This document shows positions 1-14,950 of a stretch of DNA of 64,000 nucleotides, one piece after another (positions within the stretch are counted from its first letter, which is position 1; the number at the start of each line of letters is the position of its first letter). Position numbers and translations under genes: made by a program. The notes under the pieces are model-generated. The model was not told the DNA's origin. It did no database searches and worked only from the letters and a program-made list of their open reading frames with translations. The stretch is from positions 131,688,001 to 131,752,000 of the forward strand of contig OX597814.1 in assembly GCA_951406725.2 (NCBI GenBank), written 5' to 3'. The stretch comes from Octopus vulgaris (Eukaryota).

Positions 1-72
1 TATGATTTAACTAATTAAACAGAGTTCAACAAATCCATTTATATTTACGTAAATGGAGGAGATTAGATGTTA

Positions 73-470
<398 letters not shown>

Positions 471-699
471 ACGACGGGCTTCTTACAGCTTCCGTCTATC
501 AAATCCATTCCTCTCACAAGGCTTTGTTCGGCCCGAGGCTATAGTAGAAGACACTTGCCCAAGGTGCCACGCAGTGGGACTGAACCGGGAAACGTGTGGT
601 TGGGAAGCAAGCATCTTACCACACAGCCACAACTGTATGTATACACACACACACACATATATATATACATACATACATACATACATATATAAAAAAAAA

Positions 700-2744
700 A
701 ATCAACCAATTAAAATATTCCCACACGCAACATCCACATTCAACAACAATGAAAAGACTAGAGCTGGAAAAACTTCATCTGCAGACTAACATGAAAACCT
801 CCATTGAAAATCAAAGAGCTGTGGATGAACAATGGGTAATCAAAAACATCAAACAGAACCCAAAAGTGTTCTATTCTTATGCAAATAAGCATAGAACCAC
901 CGTCTCACCTATTGGGCCATTGATTGATGAAAACGGCATTCCCCAACACGATGCTAAAGAAATGGCAGAAATACTGCAGAAACAATATTGCTCTGTCTTC
1001 AGTGTTCCCACTGATATTGATGTGAGGGAAACGAACGAAGCTGACTCCCAACACAAAATCGCAGACATAACCTTCACTGCCACCGACATCGTAGCAGCAA
1101 TAAATGAGGTCAAACATCACTCCGCTGTAGGCCCTGATAGATTTCCCGCCAGTCTCCTGAAGGAATGTAGATATCAACTTGCAGTCCCTCTGACCAACCT
1201 CTGGAGAAACTCGTTAGACGCAGGTTATATACCGAATAAGTTTCTATCCCAGTCGGTCATCCCGGTTTTCAAACAGGGAAACAGATCCCTCGCAGTCAAC
1301 TATCGCCCAATCTCACTCACCTCCCACATCATTAAAGTGTTTGAAAGAGTGTTAAGATCAAGGATAGCTGACTTCCTGGAGACCCACAAACTCCTAAATT
1401 CAAATCAACATGGCTTTCGCTGTGGCAGGGACTGTCTAACACAGCTCTTACACCACATTGAAGATGTACTCAAAGCCTTGGGAACAGGTTCGAACTCTGA
1501 CGTCATATACCTTGACTTCAGTAAAGCGTTCGACAGGGTAGACCATAACATCCTACTCTCAAAATTGGCAAATGTTGGAATCCGTGGAAAAGTTCTACAC
1601 TGGATTCAGTATTTCCTAGCGAATAGAACACAACATGTTGTAGTCAATGGAGTCCACTCAAACCCAGCAAAAGTCACCAGCGGTGTTCCCCAGGGAACTG
1701 TTTTAGGTCCGCTACTCTTCATAATTTATGTAAACCACCTTTCCAGTGTCGTACATCACTGCAAAGTGAAAATATTCGCTGATGACACTAAGCTCCAGCA
1801 AATCGTCAATGAAGAAGCAGACCGAACTCAACTCCAGTCTGACCTATATGCTGTGAGTCAATGGGCAGACAGAAACAAAATGCAACTGAATGAGGGAAAA
1901 TTTGAGCTGATGCATTTTGGAAGAAATTCCTCACTAAAACAACCATACTCTCTTCCTTCAGGGGAACCGCTCACAGCCTCTAACAATATCAGAGACCTGG
2001 GTGTAATTGTTGATGACGATCTCAGTTGGAGTGCACACATCAACAAGAAGGTCGATACAGCTCGTAGGATGAGTTCCTGGATCTTAAGAACTTTCCGGTC
2101 CAGAGAACAAGGTGTCATCATACCACTTTTTTCATCCTTTGTACGTCCACACCTTGAATACTGCTGCCCACTGTGGTCTCCTCACACAATACAAAACATC
2201 TCCAGAATTGAGTCACCCCAGAGGGCTCTCACTAAACAAATTGAAGGCATGGCTGCTCTCGACTATTGGGATCGCCTTAAAGCCTTGAAACTTTACTCCC
2301 TCCAGCGTCGCCGTGAGCGGTACATCATTTGTACGATGTGGAAAATATACCGCCAACTTTGCCCAAACGACCTAAACATTAGTTTCAAGGTTCATCCGAG
2401 ACTTGGACCACGGGCTATACGTCCCCTGCCAAATTCAAGATCACAACATACATACACTGCAGCATAATTTCTTTTCCTCAACAGGCCCTGCCCTATTTAA
2501 CATTGTCCCGAGGGAGATCAAAGAGGAAAAGGATCTCATCAACTTCAAACAGAGTCTGGATAGATTCCTTCAAAGAATACCAGACAAGCCACCCATAATT
2601 GGATACAACTCACCCAACAAGAACTCACTACTTGAACAAAACTTGACTTAAACAGGATTCGAATAATCCTATCAGGTGGTGCTATTAAGTTAGACATGGC
2701 CTGGACCAATCTCTGGTCGAAACATATCTAAGTTTTATCTCTAA

Positions 2745-2748
<4 letters not shown>
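700..2748 (+). mobile_element. 5'-truncated CR1-like LINE with a nearly intact RT ORF (749-2467, frameshifted tail to 2651)
   Basis: RT motifs NYRPISLTS, QHGFR, YLDFSKAFD, GVPQGTVLGP, FADDTK and SLQRRRERY. The 3' end has a gacca/tggtc stem-loop and a short repeated tail (ctaagtttt). Confidence 0.92.
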
Positions 2749-2810
<62 letters not shown>

Positions 2811-3091
2811 TATATTTGTGTGTGTGTCCGAGCTTGTCCCCCACTATCTCTTGATAACCGATGTTGGTGTCTTTACGTCCTCGTACCTTAGAGACTCGGC
2901 AAAAGAGACCGATATAATAAGTACTAGTCTTACAAAGAATAAGTCCTGGGATCGATTTGTATAAATGAAAATTAAATATATATATATATATATATATATG
3001 TACGTATGCATATATATATGTATATATGTATATGTATATGTATGTATGCATATATGTATGTGTATATAAATATATATATCCATATATTTAT

Positions 3092-3151
<60 letters not shown>

Positions 3152-3292
3152 ATAACAGTATGACTCAGTTCCATACTTTTCGTGGTCGCGTAGGACCTAC
3201 CCATTGCATTAGATATCGGAAGAAAAGTCTTAATAATACACGTAGCACCTAACAAATATGTTAAGTGCCTGCTGCTTTCGTTTATCATTCAC

Positions 3293-3396
<104 letters not shown>

Positions 3397-3606
3397 GTGC
3401 ATAGTTGTTTTTGTCCCCTACCACCGTTTGACAACCGGTTTTGGTTTACATTATTTACATTATTTACATTCGACGGATATTTGTCCCCGATGTTGATGTG
3501 TTTACGTCCCCGTAACTTAGAGGTTCGACAAAAGAGACCGATATAATAAGTACTAGGCTTACAAAGAATAAGTCCTGGGTTCGATTTGTATAAATGAATA
3601 CACCCA

Positions 3607-3889
3607 CGCGCATTTGGCGTAGTGGTTAAGAGCGAGGGCTACTAACCTCAAGATTCCGAGTCCGATTCTAAGCAGTGACCTGAACAATAACAATAATAAT
3701 AATAATAACATCGAAAAATACCTTAGGAATGAGAACCAAGGTTCGAAATTTCCCCAAGACACCTGAAGAAGGCTGGGGGGTATATCAGCCGAAGCGTTGT
3801 GTTAACAACAAACAAGATGAGGACAAATATCCGTCGAATGTAAATAATGTAAATAATGTACACAATTCCCCATCTCTTAAATATAGAAC
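3607..3889 (+). mobile_element. tRNA-headed SINE-like element carrying a hammerhead-like motif
   Basis: A box tggcgtagtgg (3615) and B-box-like gtccgattc (3660), then an (AAT)n linker and an HHR-like motif at 3758-3803. Confidence 0.7.
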
Positions 3890-5032
3890 GGCTTTGGTTT
3901 GTTTTCGTTCTCTCCATACTTTTATTATATGCCTTTCCACGGGCGGTACAATTACCATCTACCAAAATAACTTTCTAGTTATATGTCAACACTGGTAGTA
4001 AAAGACACTTGCTGAAGATGCTGTCCACTGGGATCAAACACCCGTTGCAAATCTAATTCTTTAACCATTGTCTACTATTTCTGATATTTTACTAATCAGG
4101 TAAATTTACAAAAGTCATACATATAAAGCGATTGCTCTTGCTTAGCTCTAGTCCAGCCTTTATCGAACAAAACTGCAACGAAATGTATTCCATCTATCAC
4201 TATTCTTTGCAGGGGCATTAAGGAATACGTTAACGAATGTGGCCTTTCCTTATTAATGACATTAGGGTTTGGTTTGACAGAGATTTGGCTGATATTTCTA
4301 GCAGGTCGAAAGAGAACGTGTCTCGTTTCTGGCTCGTTTTATCTCTTATCTTTACTTGTTTTAGTCATTGGACTGTGACAATGTTGGGGCACCGCCTTAT
4401 TTTCTTTCTAAATCTCGTACTTTGTTCTATCAGTCTCTTTTACGGAAGTATTAAATAAACAAACCCATCACAAGCTATCAAGCAGTGGATGAGGAGTCAA
4501 ACATAATCACACACACACAAACAGACACAGATACAGACACACACACAGACAGACACACACACTCATACACATAAATGAAAATATATATAAATGTATATCT
4601 ATCTATCTATCTGTCTGTCTATCTATATAAATGACCGGCTTCCACACAGTTTCCATCGATATAAATTCACTCACAAGGCATTCGTCAGTTGGGATATTGC
4701 CCAAGATGTCACACAGTGGGACTGAACTTGAAACCACTTGGCTGCAAGCGAGCTCCTTAACCACACAGCCATGCCTGCACAGTTAGTCTCTGTTTTTGGT
4801 ATTTTTCTTCTTGTTTATTTTGTTTTTCAATCAAAACAATTTTTTCCTTTGCAAATCGAAGAATGAGTCAAAATTTTATTAATAATCACAAAGGAAAACT
4901 AAATCAATTAGAAGTGTCTGTTGACTAATAAATGAAAGGATAATCCCATTACAAAGAAAGAACCAAAATGAAACCCCCAAAAATAAATAAACCAATCTCA
5001 TTGTTTTATATATGTATGCGTGTGTGTATATA

Positions 5033-5148
<116 letters not shown>

Positions 5149-5862
5149 CGCGTATGTATATGTGTGTATTGTGACGTTGTTCCTTACGTTCTTCCTGTCT
5201 GTTAGTGACGTTGAATTTCCCGTGTTTCCGGATCTTTAATATTGTGCTTGACGAGTATCACACTTGCCACATCTGCTCTTGGCGGTGTCGGCGGTATTTT
5301 TTATTGTCATTGCCGTTGTTGCGGTTGATGATGATGATGATGATGGATACCATTGTTGTTGTTGTTATCGTTGACGATGATGATGAATATCCCAAGACTA
5401 GCCCTTTGTGAGCAGTACCTACGATCGAAAGATTACCCGTCAATCCCTATTATTTGTTTTTCTTTTTTCCTTTATATTATCCAATGAGTCATGCCGTTTT
5501 CAGGCGCTAGGAAGTGTAGGGCTTGAGAGATATTTTAGTGTTATTTTAAGCAAATGGAGTGAGCGCTTGATGTCTAACAACACTGAGGGATAGGGGGCGA
5601 GAGGGAGAAAGAGAGTGTGTGTATGCATGAGAGAGAGTGAGAGAGAGATAGAGATAGAGAGGGTAATAGAAAGAGAGTGAGAGAGAGAATGTGTGTGCTT
5701 GAGAGAGAAAACGAGTAAGAGAGAAGAGAAGGACTAGCTACAAAACCGCACCGGTACTTTATCGAAAAAGATGAAAGGTAAAGAAGACTTCAACGAAATT
5801 CGAATTCATTGCGCAGAGACTCAGAAAGGATAGCACCAACAACCTTACACGATGCTCTTAAG

Positions 5863-6200
5863 CAGTGGTTCTCAATTGGGGTCCATATAAAATTTTGGAT
5901 GGGGGTCCTCGCAACAAAATTATAAATTGGGGATCCACAATAGTATTTTAAGGGTCCCTGAAAAATTTTTTTTGCTTTAGATTTATACATTGGTATGTAC
6001 AACAAAAAGCATCTAGGGTTATTTCTCTAACATTTTATATAGTTCAACCTACACAAGTTAATGGCTGAAAAGCAAAACGAGAATTTTAAAAGAAGTACCT
6101 ATAAAACTAGGTTTTAAGCACCAAATGGCGATGGTGTCCTCCAGAAAAGAATTTTAATCAAAGGGGCCCATAGTTAAAAAAAAACTACTGAGAGCCCCTG
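5863..6200. mobile_element. hAT-type MITE
   Basis: Termini cagtggttctca and tgagagcccctg, with 8-bp TSD ctcttaag/ctctaaag. Confidence 0.8.
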
Positions 6201-6718
6201 CTCTAAAGCAAGTGTATCAAATATACGGTACGTGGCTGAGTCCCGAACCTTGTGGTTGCGAAACAAGCTTCTTTATTTCATAAAATTTGCCACAAGGGCA
6301 GTACAGAGAAGCAATGCGGGCTCGACAAACACATTAATGAGATGAGGAATGATATGAATGAATGTAAAAAATGGGAGGAGTATTCGGCGCCCGCCAACCG
6401 AACACCCCTCGAAATCACAGTTTCTTAACAATATACAATAATTTACAATATATCAATATACATCAATGCTATTCAATTACAAAAATTAATTACAAAAATG
6501 AATCCTCGTCCGAAACACCACACAAATACCCCGCCGACATCAGACAAGCCTGCATCGTAACTATCTAGTGAGAAGGTCCCCCACGCCTTTAGTTTGTATA
6601 TTATGATATTACAGCCACGGCTGTACATAATGTGTATATAATGATATATAGCAACCTTTTATGCAATTTCTTAATCGTAGCAAGACTATAAAACAAAAAC
6701 AATCATTTATCGTTAATA

Positions 6719-6982
6719 CGAAGGGTGCTGAAAAGCTCCTGGTTTTGGGTAAAAGAAATTACAGGAGGATCAATTAATTACGATTTTATTCAACATATTC
6801 CCCTCTTTTACTCTTTTACTTGTTTCAGTCATTTGACTGTGGCCATGCTGGAGCACCGCCTTTAGTCGAGCAAATTGACCCCAGGACTTATTCTTTATAA
6901 GCCTAGTACTTATTCTATCGGTCTCTTTTTTGCTGAATCGCTAAGTTACGGGGACTTAAACACACCAGCATCAGTTGTCAAG

Positions 6983-7037
<55 letters not shown>

Positions 7038-7447
7038 TATTTCGAATGGTCATTTTGCCAGTTTAGCCAATAAAAACACACGCACTATATATTTGATGTT
7101 ACTTTGCTTCAGTGTTATTTATTTGCACAACAAATATATAAACATATATACATATATACGACTGGCTTCTTTCAGTTTCCATCTACAAATCCACTCACAA
7201 GGCTTTGGTCGGCCTGAGGCTATAGTAGAAGACACTTGCGCAAGGTGCCACGCAGTGGGACTGAACCCGGAGCATGTGGTTAATAAGCAAGCTACTTGCC
7301 ACACAGCCACTCCTACGCCCCTCTCAAATTCACACACTTACTGGTCCTCCAATTTTTTCTAAGTCCTGTAAAAGCACTCAGAAGGCTGGGTCTCCAACCA
7401 AGCCTTTCGTGATACCCTTAAAGCTAGGAACTTTTCATCACTCTTCG
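6719..7447. mobile_element. Tc1/mariner-type MITE interrupted by a SINE
   Basis: Ends TA|cgaagggtgctgaaaagctcctgg and ctaggaacttttcatcactcttcg|TA. A related end occurs at about 29234. Confidence 0.72.
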
Positions 7448-7830
7448 TACATGACATGTACCGTTTGAAAGCATGTTTGCATTGTTTTGTGGCATTGCAT
7501 GTATAATCAGTATTTTTAATGTTGATGACGAAGGCGTATATTCTAACTGACGTCACAAAAAAAAAGTTTGTTTTCTTTTCTCCCACCGAACAACCTTTAA
7601 TTTATGACCTCTAAAACTATTTCCTGTGGTATTTTTGCTGTGATTTTTTTCTGGTTATTTCAAAGTAACCCCACCACCACAAAAAAAAAACCGAATTCTT
7701 TTGATAATGATCATTAAGGTAATACATTAAGGTAATGAATGTGAAAGGAGAATTCGGAAGAATTTGAGTTCCGGTAGGTAGAGGGATCCGCTCAGTGTCA
7801 ATGAATAGACCAGTCCCCAACACAATTTCA

Positions 7831-7975
<145 letters not shown>

Positions 7976-8079
7976 GTCTGTCTGTCTTCAAAGCAGTGCC
8001 TCGGCATGGCCACAGTCAAATGAGTAAAACAAATAAAAGATAAAAGATTTTTTTATTTATTTTTTTTTAATTTAATTTT

Positions 8080-9731
8080 TTTTGTTCTTTTCTTCCCATT
8101 TTTACCCTTTTCTCATCTTTCGAATTTATCCCCCTCCGGACCAATTCTGGCCAAATATTTTTGGCATTACGGACTTAAAAACGATGGGAGAAACCTTTTC
8201 TGTTAAAAAAAAAAAAGAACAAAACTTTTGAAAATATTTTCAGATGAAAAAATATGTGATTTAAGAGAGAATTAGGTGTTGTTTCTAGCTTGTCGGAGAG
8301 GCTTCTTCCTTTGTTTTTAAGTGCATAGTGCAAAAAGACTTAAGGAAATCAATCCGGAGGTTGGGTGCCATTATATGGGACACCCTACCCCCGAACGCTA
8401 AAATCTGTTTATGGGGAGAAAAATATTTATTTCTTCATTGCCCATCGGGAGCTAAACATAAAGGGGACAAAGACAGACAAAGGGCTTAAGTCGATTACAT
8501 CGACTCCAGTACACAACTGATACTTATTTAATCGACCCCGAAAGGAGGAAAGGCAAAGTCGACATCGGCGGAATTTGAACTCAGAACGTAATGGCAGACG
8601 AAATACCGCTTAGCATTTCGCCCGGCGTACTAACGATTCTGCCAGCTCGCCGCTTTTGTGGGGAGAAAAATATTGAAACATCTATCAGACAGACAAAGAA
8701 ATGAGGAAGGCAACTGGTGGTCGTCGGAAGTGCTAGAAGCAGCGGTTAAATCTCCCTTAATTTGCACACATTTTCGTCTGAAAATATTAAAATAAAATTT
8801 ACTTTAATTTTTTATTTATTACAGAAATGGCTTCTCCCATCTCTTTAAAGCGTGTAATGCCAAAATAATGGCTAAAATCGGTCCGGAGTTGAAGGACGGT
8901 GAGGGGGATGAAAGGAAGAGGGAGAGGCAATCATAAATTTCTAAAATTAATTTTTATAAAAAAGCTTCTCTCCATCTTTTTCTTAGGCCGTAGTGAAAAA
9001 AATAAATTGAAAAGTCCCCGCCCACATGTTATGGAATGATGATGCGGAATAATACACGGCTTTTGTTTAGCTCAATGGTGATCAATTGCTGGGGACTTTT
9101 CCACTTAGGTTTTTTACGGGGACTTTTCCAATTAGTTTTCACCACGGCCTTTTTTTCATAAGTGGTTTCCCTTCATCTTTTTATAAGGCCGTAAATAAAA
9201 GGAAATATCTCCGTGACAACGGAAAATATCTAACTTAAGTGGGCATGCTGACCAAATGCTCCTACCATATTTTATGGAATTATGATACGGAGGTAAAAGA
9301 CGGGTTTTGTTTAGCCCAAGGGTGGTCAATTGCTGGGATAGAACACCCACTTAAGTTGGATTTCCTCCACTTTGATGGGGACTCATCCAATTAGATTTCA
9401 CCATGGCCTTCAAAATAATGTGATAGAGCTATCTTTGAAAATTTGACTTTTCTCTTCTCGTCCTTCCCCTTCACCCCACTTTGGACTGATTTTGACCATT
9501 TTTTTTGGCATTTGCGCGCGTAAAAACGAAAGGAGAAATTTTTCCGGTAAAAAAATAAAACTTTAGTAAATATTTTCAATAAAAGAGATTGTTGTTTCTA
9601 GCTTACCGGATATACTTTTCAAACGGTTTTCACACGCGTAGCGCAAAAACAATTGCAACAATTAGTCAGGAAGTGGCAGTGGGGTTTGAAGAAGGTGGAG
9701 GTGAGGGTTTCCCCTCATCTTTTTCAAGGCC

Positions 9732-9789
<58 letters not shown>

Positions 9790-11310
9790 AGGTAAATAAA
9801 TAAAAAGAATGATCTCTGTGTATACGGAAAAAAATCTAACTTAAGTGGGTATCCTGATTCAATACTCCTACCATATTTTATGAAATTATGATACGGCAGT
9901 ATAAGACGAGGTTTGTTTAGCCCAAGGGTGGTCAATTACTGGGATAGAATACCCACATAATTTGGCTTTTTTCCGTTTTGTCTGGGATTTTTTCAATTTG
10001 TTTTTTACCATTTTATGAAAAAAATATTATTGAAAATTTATGATTTTCCTCTCTACCTCCGCCCTTTCCTCTCTACCTCCGGATCGATTTTGGCCATTTG
10101 TTTTTTGGCACTACACGCTCAAAAACGATGGGAGAAGCCTTATCAAGAGAGGAAAAAAAATTTTTGAAAATATTTTCTGACGAAAAGGTGATTCAAGAAA
10201 GATTTAGCTGTTATTACTAACTTACCGGATATGCTACTCTCACCGTTTTTACACGTGTAGCGCAAAAGAGAGCTGAGAAAATCGGTCAGAAGATGTATGT
10301 GTGTGTGTGTGTGTGTGAATCGAAGGAGAGGGAGCGGTGAAAAAAATAAATTTTCAAAAATTTCTTTTCATATAAAGCTTCCGCCTATCATTTCCAAGGC
10401 TGTGGTGTAAATAAAAACAGGAAATATCCTCGTTGAAACGGAGAAAATCCAACGTATGGAGACGTCCTGATCCGAAACTCCGCCAAAATGTTTTTATGGG
10501 GAGATTAGTATTGAAACATCAATACATGTCAGAGTCACATAGAAACGCGGAAGGCACCAGGTGGTAATGGGAAATGCTAGAAACAACAACTAAGTCTCTC
10601 TTAAATTACATACCGGTTCGTCTGAAAATATTAAAAAAAATATTTCTGATTTTTGTTTTGTTTTTAAACCAAAAGGGATTTCCCCATTGTTTTGAGTGTT
10701 TAATCCCCTCCAAAATGGTCAAAATTGATCTGGAATGGGATGGAGGACGAGGAGAGGGTAAAAATTCTTAAACTCAAAATTTTTTCATAAGAAGTTTCCC
10801 TTTATCTTTATTCAAGACCGTGATGAAAAAAACAAAAATGAAGGAAAGATCTCCGTCAAAATCATCTAACTTATGTGTACATCCTGATCCGCGTTTCAAC
10901 CATATTTTATGGAATGATGACGCAGAATAACAGATGGCTTTTGTTTAGCTCAAGAGTGATTAATTGCTGTGATAGAACACCTGCATAAGTTGGATTTCCT
11001 CGGTTTTGACGGGACTTTTTCAATTTTTTTTTTTTAACACGGCCTTTTAAATGATTGAGGGAAAGCCATTTAGGAAAAAAATATTTTTGAAAATTTATGA
11101 TTTTTGTTTTTACTGTCCCCTCCCCCTCACCCCGCTCTGGACCGATTTTGGCCTCGATTTCTTTCTGGCGTTACGCACGTAAAATCGATGGGAAAAATCC
11201 TACCGGTTAAAAAAAAAAGAAAAGGAAAATGTTGAAAATATTTTCAGACGAAAATCTGTGTGATATAAGAGAAATTTAGCTGTTGTTTCTAGCATATCAA
11301 CGACCACCTC
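8080..11310. repeat. Complex array of diverged direct and inverted modules of about 250-600 bp
   Basis: The module ggaccgattttggcc...aaaacgatgggagaa...gaaaatattttcagacgaaaa...gttgtttctagc recurs at about 8135, 9480, 10080 and 11140, and is inverted at about 8730-8890 and 10575-10735. Confidence 0.8.
8428..8654 (-). mobile_element. Monomer of the Nin/Deu-like SINE (other copies at 45548-45780 and 33000-33160)
   Basis: Same body, with TSD tggggagaaaaatatt on both sides. Confidence 0.88.
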
Positions 11311-11321
11311 TTACCTATCTC

Positions 11322-12147
11322 TTTTCTTATTTTTTTATTGCCCACAAGGGGCAACATAGAGGAGACAAACAAAGACAGACAAACGGATTAAGTCGATTAC
11401 ATCGACCCCAGTGCGTAACTGGTACTTAATTTATCGACCCCGAAAGGATGAAAGGCAAAGTAGACCTCGGCAGAATTTGAACTCAGAACGTAGCGGCAGA
11501 CAGAATACCTATTTCTTTACTACCCACAATGGGCTAAGCACAGAGAGGACAAACAAGGACAGACAAACGGATTAAGTCGATTATATCGACCCCAGTGCGT
11601 AACTGGTACTTATTTAATCGACCCCGAAAAGATGAAAGGCAAAGTCGACCTTGGCGGAATTTGAACTCAGAACGTAACGGCAGACGAAATACCTATTTCC
11701 TATTTCTTTACTACCCACAAGGGGCTAAACACAGAGAGGACAAACAAGGACAGACAATGGGATTAAGTCGATTACATCGACCCCAGTGTGTAACTGGTAC
11801 TTATTTAATCGACCAGTGTGTAACTGGTACTTATCTAATCGACCCCGAAAGGATGAAAGGCAAAGTCGACCTCGGCGGAATTTGAACTCAGAACGTAACG
11901 GCAGACGAAATACCTATTTCTTTACTACCCACAAGGGGCTAAACACAGAGGGGACAAACAAGGACAGACAAACGGATTAAGTCGATTATATCGACCCCAG
12001 TGCGAAACTGGTACTTATTTAATCGACCCCGAAAGGATGAAAGGCAAAGTCGACCTTGGCGGAATTTGAACTCAGAACGTAACGGCAGACGAAATACGGC
12101 TACGCATTTCACCAGACGTGCTAACGTTTCTGCCAGCTCGCCGTCTT
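11322..12147 (-). mobile_element. Tandem tetramer of a tRNA SINE with a Nin/Deu-like domain
   Basis: Four units of about 185-215 bp containing gcctttcatcctttcggggtcga...agtaccag, inside one 15-bp TSD (cctcttacctatctc). Confidence 0.9.
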
Positions 12148-12579
12148 CCTCTTACCTATCTCGTTTCTTTGTCACTCTGACATGTATTGATGGGTTTCAA
12201 TATTTTTTCCGCATTAATAGATTTTATGGAATGACGATAAAAACTAAAAGTGGAAATTGCACGGAAGTATGTCTAAAGATTCTGTATATTTTTTTCTTTC
12301 GAACCGGATAAATATTTTTATACTTGTTACATTAAGAGACTTCTATAGAATATTACCGGTTTTGATGTACAGTAATCCCTCGCCATATCGCGGCTCACCT
12401 ATCGCGGTTTATTATTTAAGCTTATGTCGATTCCTCCGTGTTGTTTTGCATTTATAATAAAATAAATATATATAACTTATAAAAATTATTAAAAAAATAC
12501 AGTACAGTGCTATTTTTACTTCGCGGATTTTCAACTATTGTGGAGGTTTTTGGAACGTAAAAACAACGATAGTCGATAT

Positions 12580-13020
<441 letters not shown>

Positions 13021-13082
13021 TCAGCCTATTTTAACAAATGTTAGAAGTTTAAAGTAAAAAATTATGAAATAAAAATTAAAAT

Positions 13083-13264
13083 AGGCGTAGGAGTGGCTGT
13101 GCGGTAAATAGCTTGCATACTGTGTGGTAAGTAGTTTGCAAACTGTGTGGTTCCGGGTTCAGTTCCACTGCGTGGCACCTTGGGCAAGTGTCTTCTACTA
13201 TAACCTCGGGCCGACCAAAGGCTTGTGAGTGGATTTGGTAGACGGAAACTGAAAGAATCCTGTC

Positions 13265-13312
<48 letters not shown>

Positions 13313-13510
13313 ATGTTAGTGTGTCTGTGTTTGTCCTCCCAACATCGCTTGACAACAAATGCTGGTGTGTTTACGTCTCCGTAACTTAGCGGTTCGACAA
13401 GAGACCGATAGAATACGTACTAGGCTTACAGCGAATAAGTCCTGGGGTTGATTTGCTCGACTAAAGGCGGTGCCACAGTCAAATAACTGAAACAAGTAAA
13501 AGAGTAAAAG
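13083..13510 (+). mobile_element. Full-length tRNA/CORE-type SINE with internal (TA)n(TG)n tract
   Basis: A/B-box head (gtggctgtg.ggta; ggttcagttcc), CORE-like ccttgggcaagt, and tail gtaaaagagtaaaaga. Other copies lie at 471-630, 2800-2965, 3396-3600, 4330-4780, 6808-7320, 12580-13020, 60045-60375, 61650-62065 and 62770-63470. Confidence 0.88.
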
Positions 13511-13983
13511 AGTAAGAAATTTAAACAGTTTGTTGCCATGTTCTGTCTGTAGTTATGAGCATGTTCGTAATTATACACAGAATATGAAAACAAACTGTTT
13601 TCTGTTCTTTTACGATTAAAAATCCTGGAAGCTGTTGACGTGTTTCCATGCCTCCAGCTCAATACAGCGGTTCAGTCTAAGGTGCTTGCTTTCTAATAAA
13701 GTGTACCTCTGTTATTCTGAGTCTAACAACATCCACCCCACTCGCTAGTATGCAGGTGGAGAAATTCCCCATCAGTGAGTTGGTGTTGTTGGAACGCGGC
13801 GCTGGGTGGTGTGGCCTTGTACGGAAAATATGAATTAAAAAGATAAATGTCTGCTAAAAAAACCCCGCGGTTCGAAAGCATTAACTAAATAAGTTACAAT
13901 ACCCAGTTACAATACCCAGAGGTTCACTCCAGATTACACGCCACGTGTAGAGTAAGCCAATATTCTTCTGTCTACTTACCGAA

Positions 13984-14076
<93 letters not shown>

Positions 14077-14299
14077 CCCCCCCCCAAAAAAAAACACGAA
14101 ATAATGAGAAGTAACATTTAAGGGTAAGTTGGGGAAATGGTTCATTTGCTCTTCGAATTTTAGAACTAATGTAGGTAGCAATTTCCTTTCCTTGATAGAT
14201 AAACATTTCTCCGATAGTCACATTTATAAGAAAACCTACAATAGCAATTTTACGGAAGTTTCCTATAGTTGCAGCCCTAATATGAAAACCATTACGTAA

Positions 14300-14950
14300 G
14301 CCATGTAGAATGTCCAATCCAGACTGCCACTTCAGGAACCCAAATACTTGCCCATTATATCAGGCACGCATGGTTAGCTTAGTCATGTATGAAAAAGAGC
14401 TCCCCTATGTTCCGACAAATAAAGTAACAGAAAGAAAAAAATATATTGGAATATGCAAAAATGACTTCAAAAAGGGATACACCAAATCAGGTTTCTATCA
14501 AGCAAGAAGACGAAAAGAAAAGCACAACGCTAGCAAGCCATATTTGGGACCTGAGGGACTGCAGTATACTACACAGTGTCAAGTGGAGCTCTGTAGCAAG
14601 ATTTAAGCCATATTAATGGGTAAAAATGTGTACGCTCTCTATAGCTGAAAGAATTCATACGATTTTAGAAATTTTTACGAGATGAAGGCATAATGACAAA
14701 TTTCTGTAATCGAACTGGAAGACTCCGTCAACTCCCCACCAGATTAGATACAGTTTAACACACTTTAGCCTTTCTCCTATTCGACTAATCTCACTAGGCA
14801 TACTTATTTAAAGTGTTAAAATTCAGCATTTTCTCGTTTTTCTCTCATTTCCTCCCGGAAAAGTAATCTGATTTTTGAACGACTGCCGGATTATGCATGA
14901 TACACTATAGGAAACTATCCGCTTTCTGCACTATCGGAGCATGAACTTTA
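14300..14950 (+). mobile_element. Penelope-like element remnant (GIY-YIG endonuclease end)
   Basis: CHFRNPNTCPL...KKYIGICKNDFKK, followed by frameshifted HIWDL-like and CxLC-like motifs typical of PLE endonuclease C-termini. Confidence 0.7.

Noticed and set aside
2690-2730. Hammerhead at the LINE 3' end (gacca/tggtc followed by GAAA)
   Set aside because: There is no CUGANGA core. It is better explained as the LINE 3' recognition stem-loop.
11322-12147. CRISPR-like regular repeat array
   Set aside because: The units are about 190-bp SINE bodies without unique spacers, in a eukaryotic context with no cas genes.
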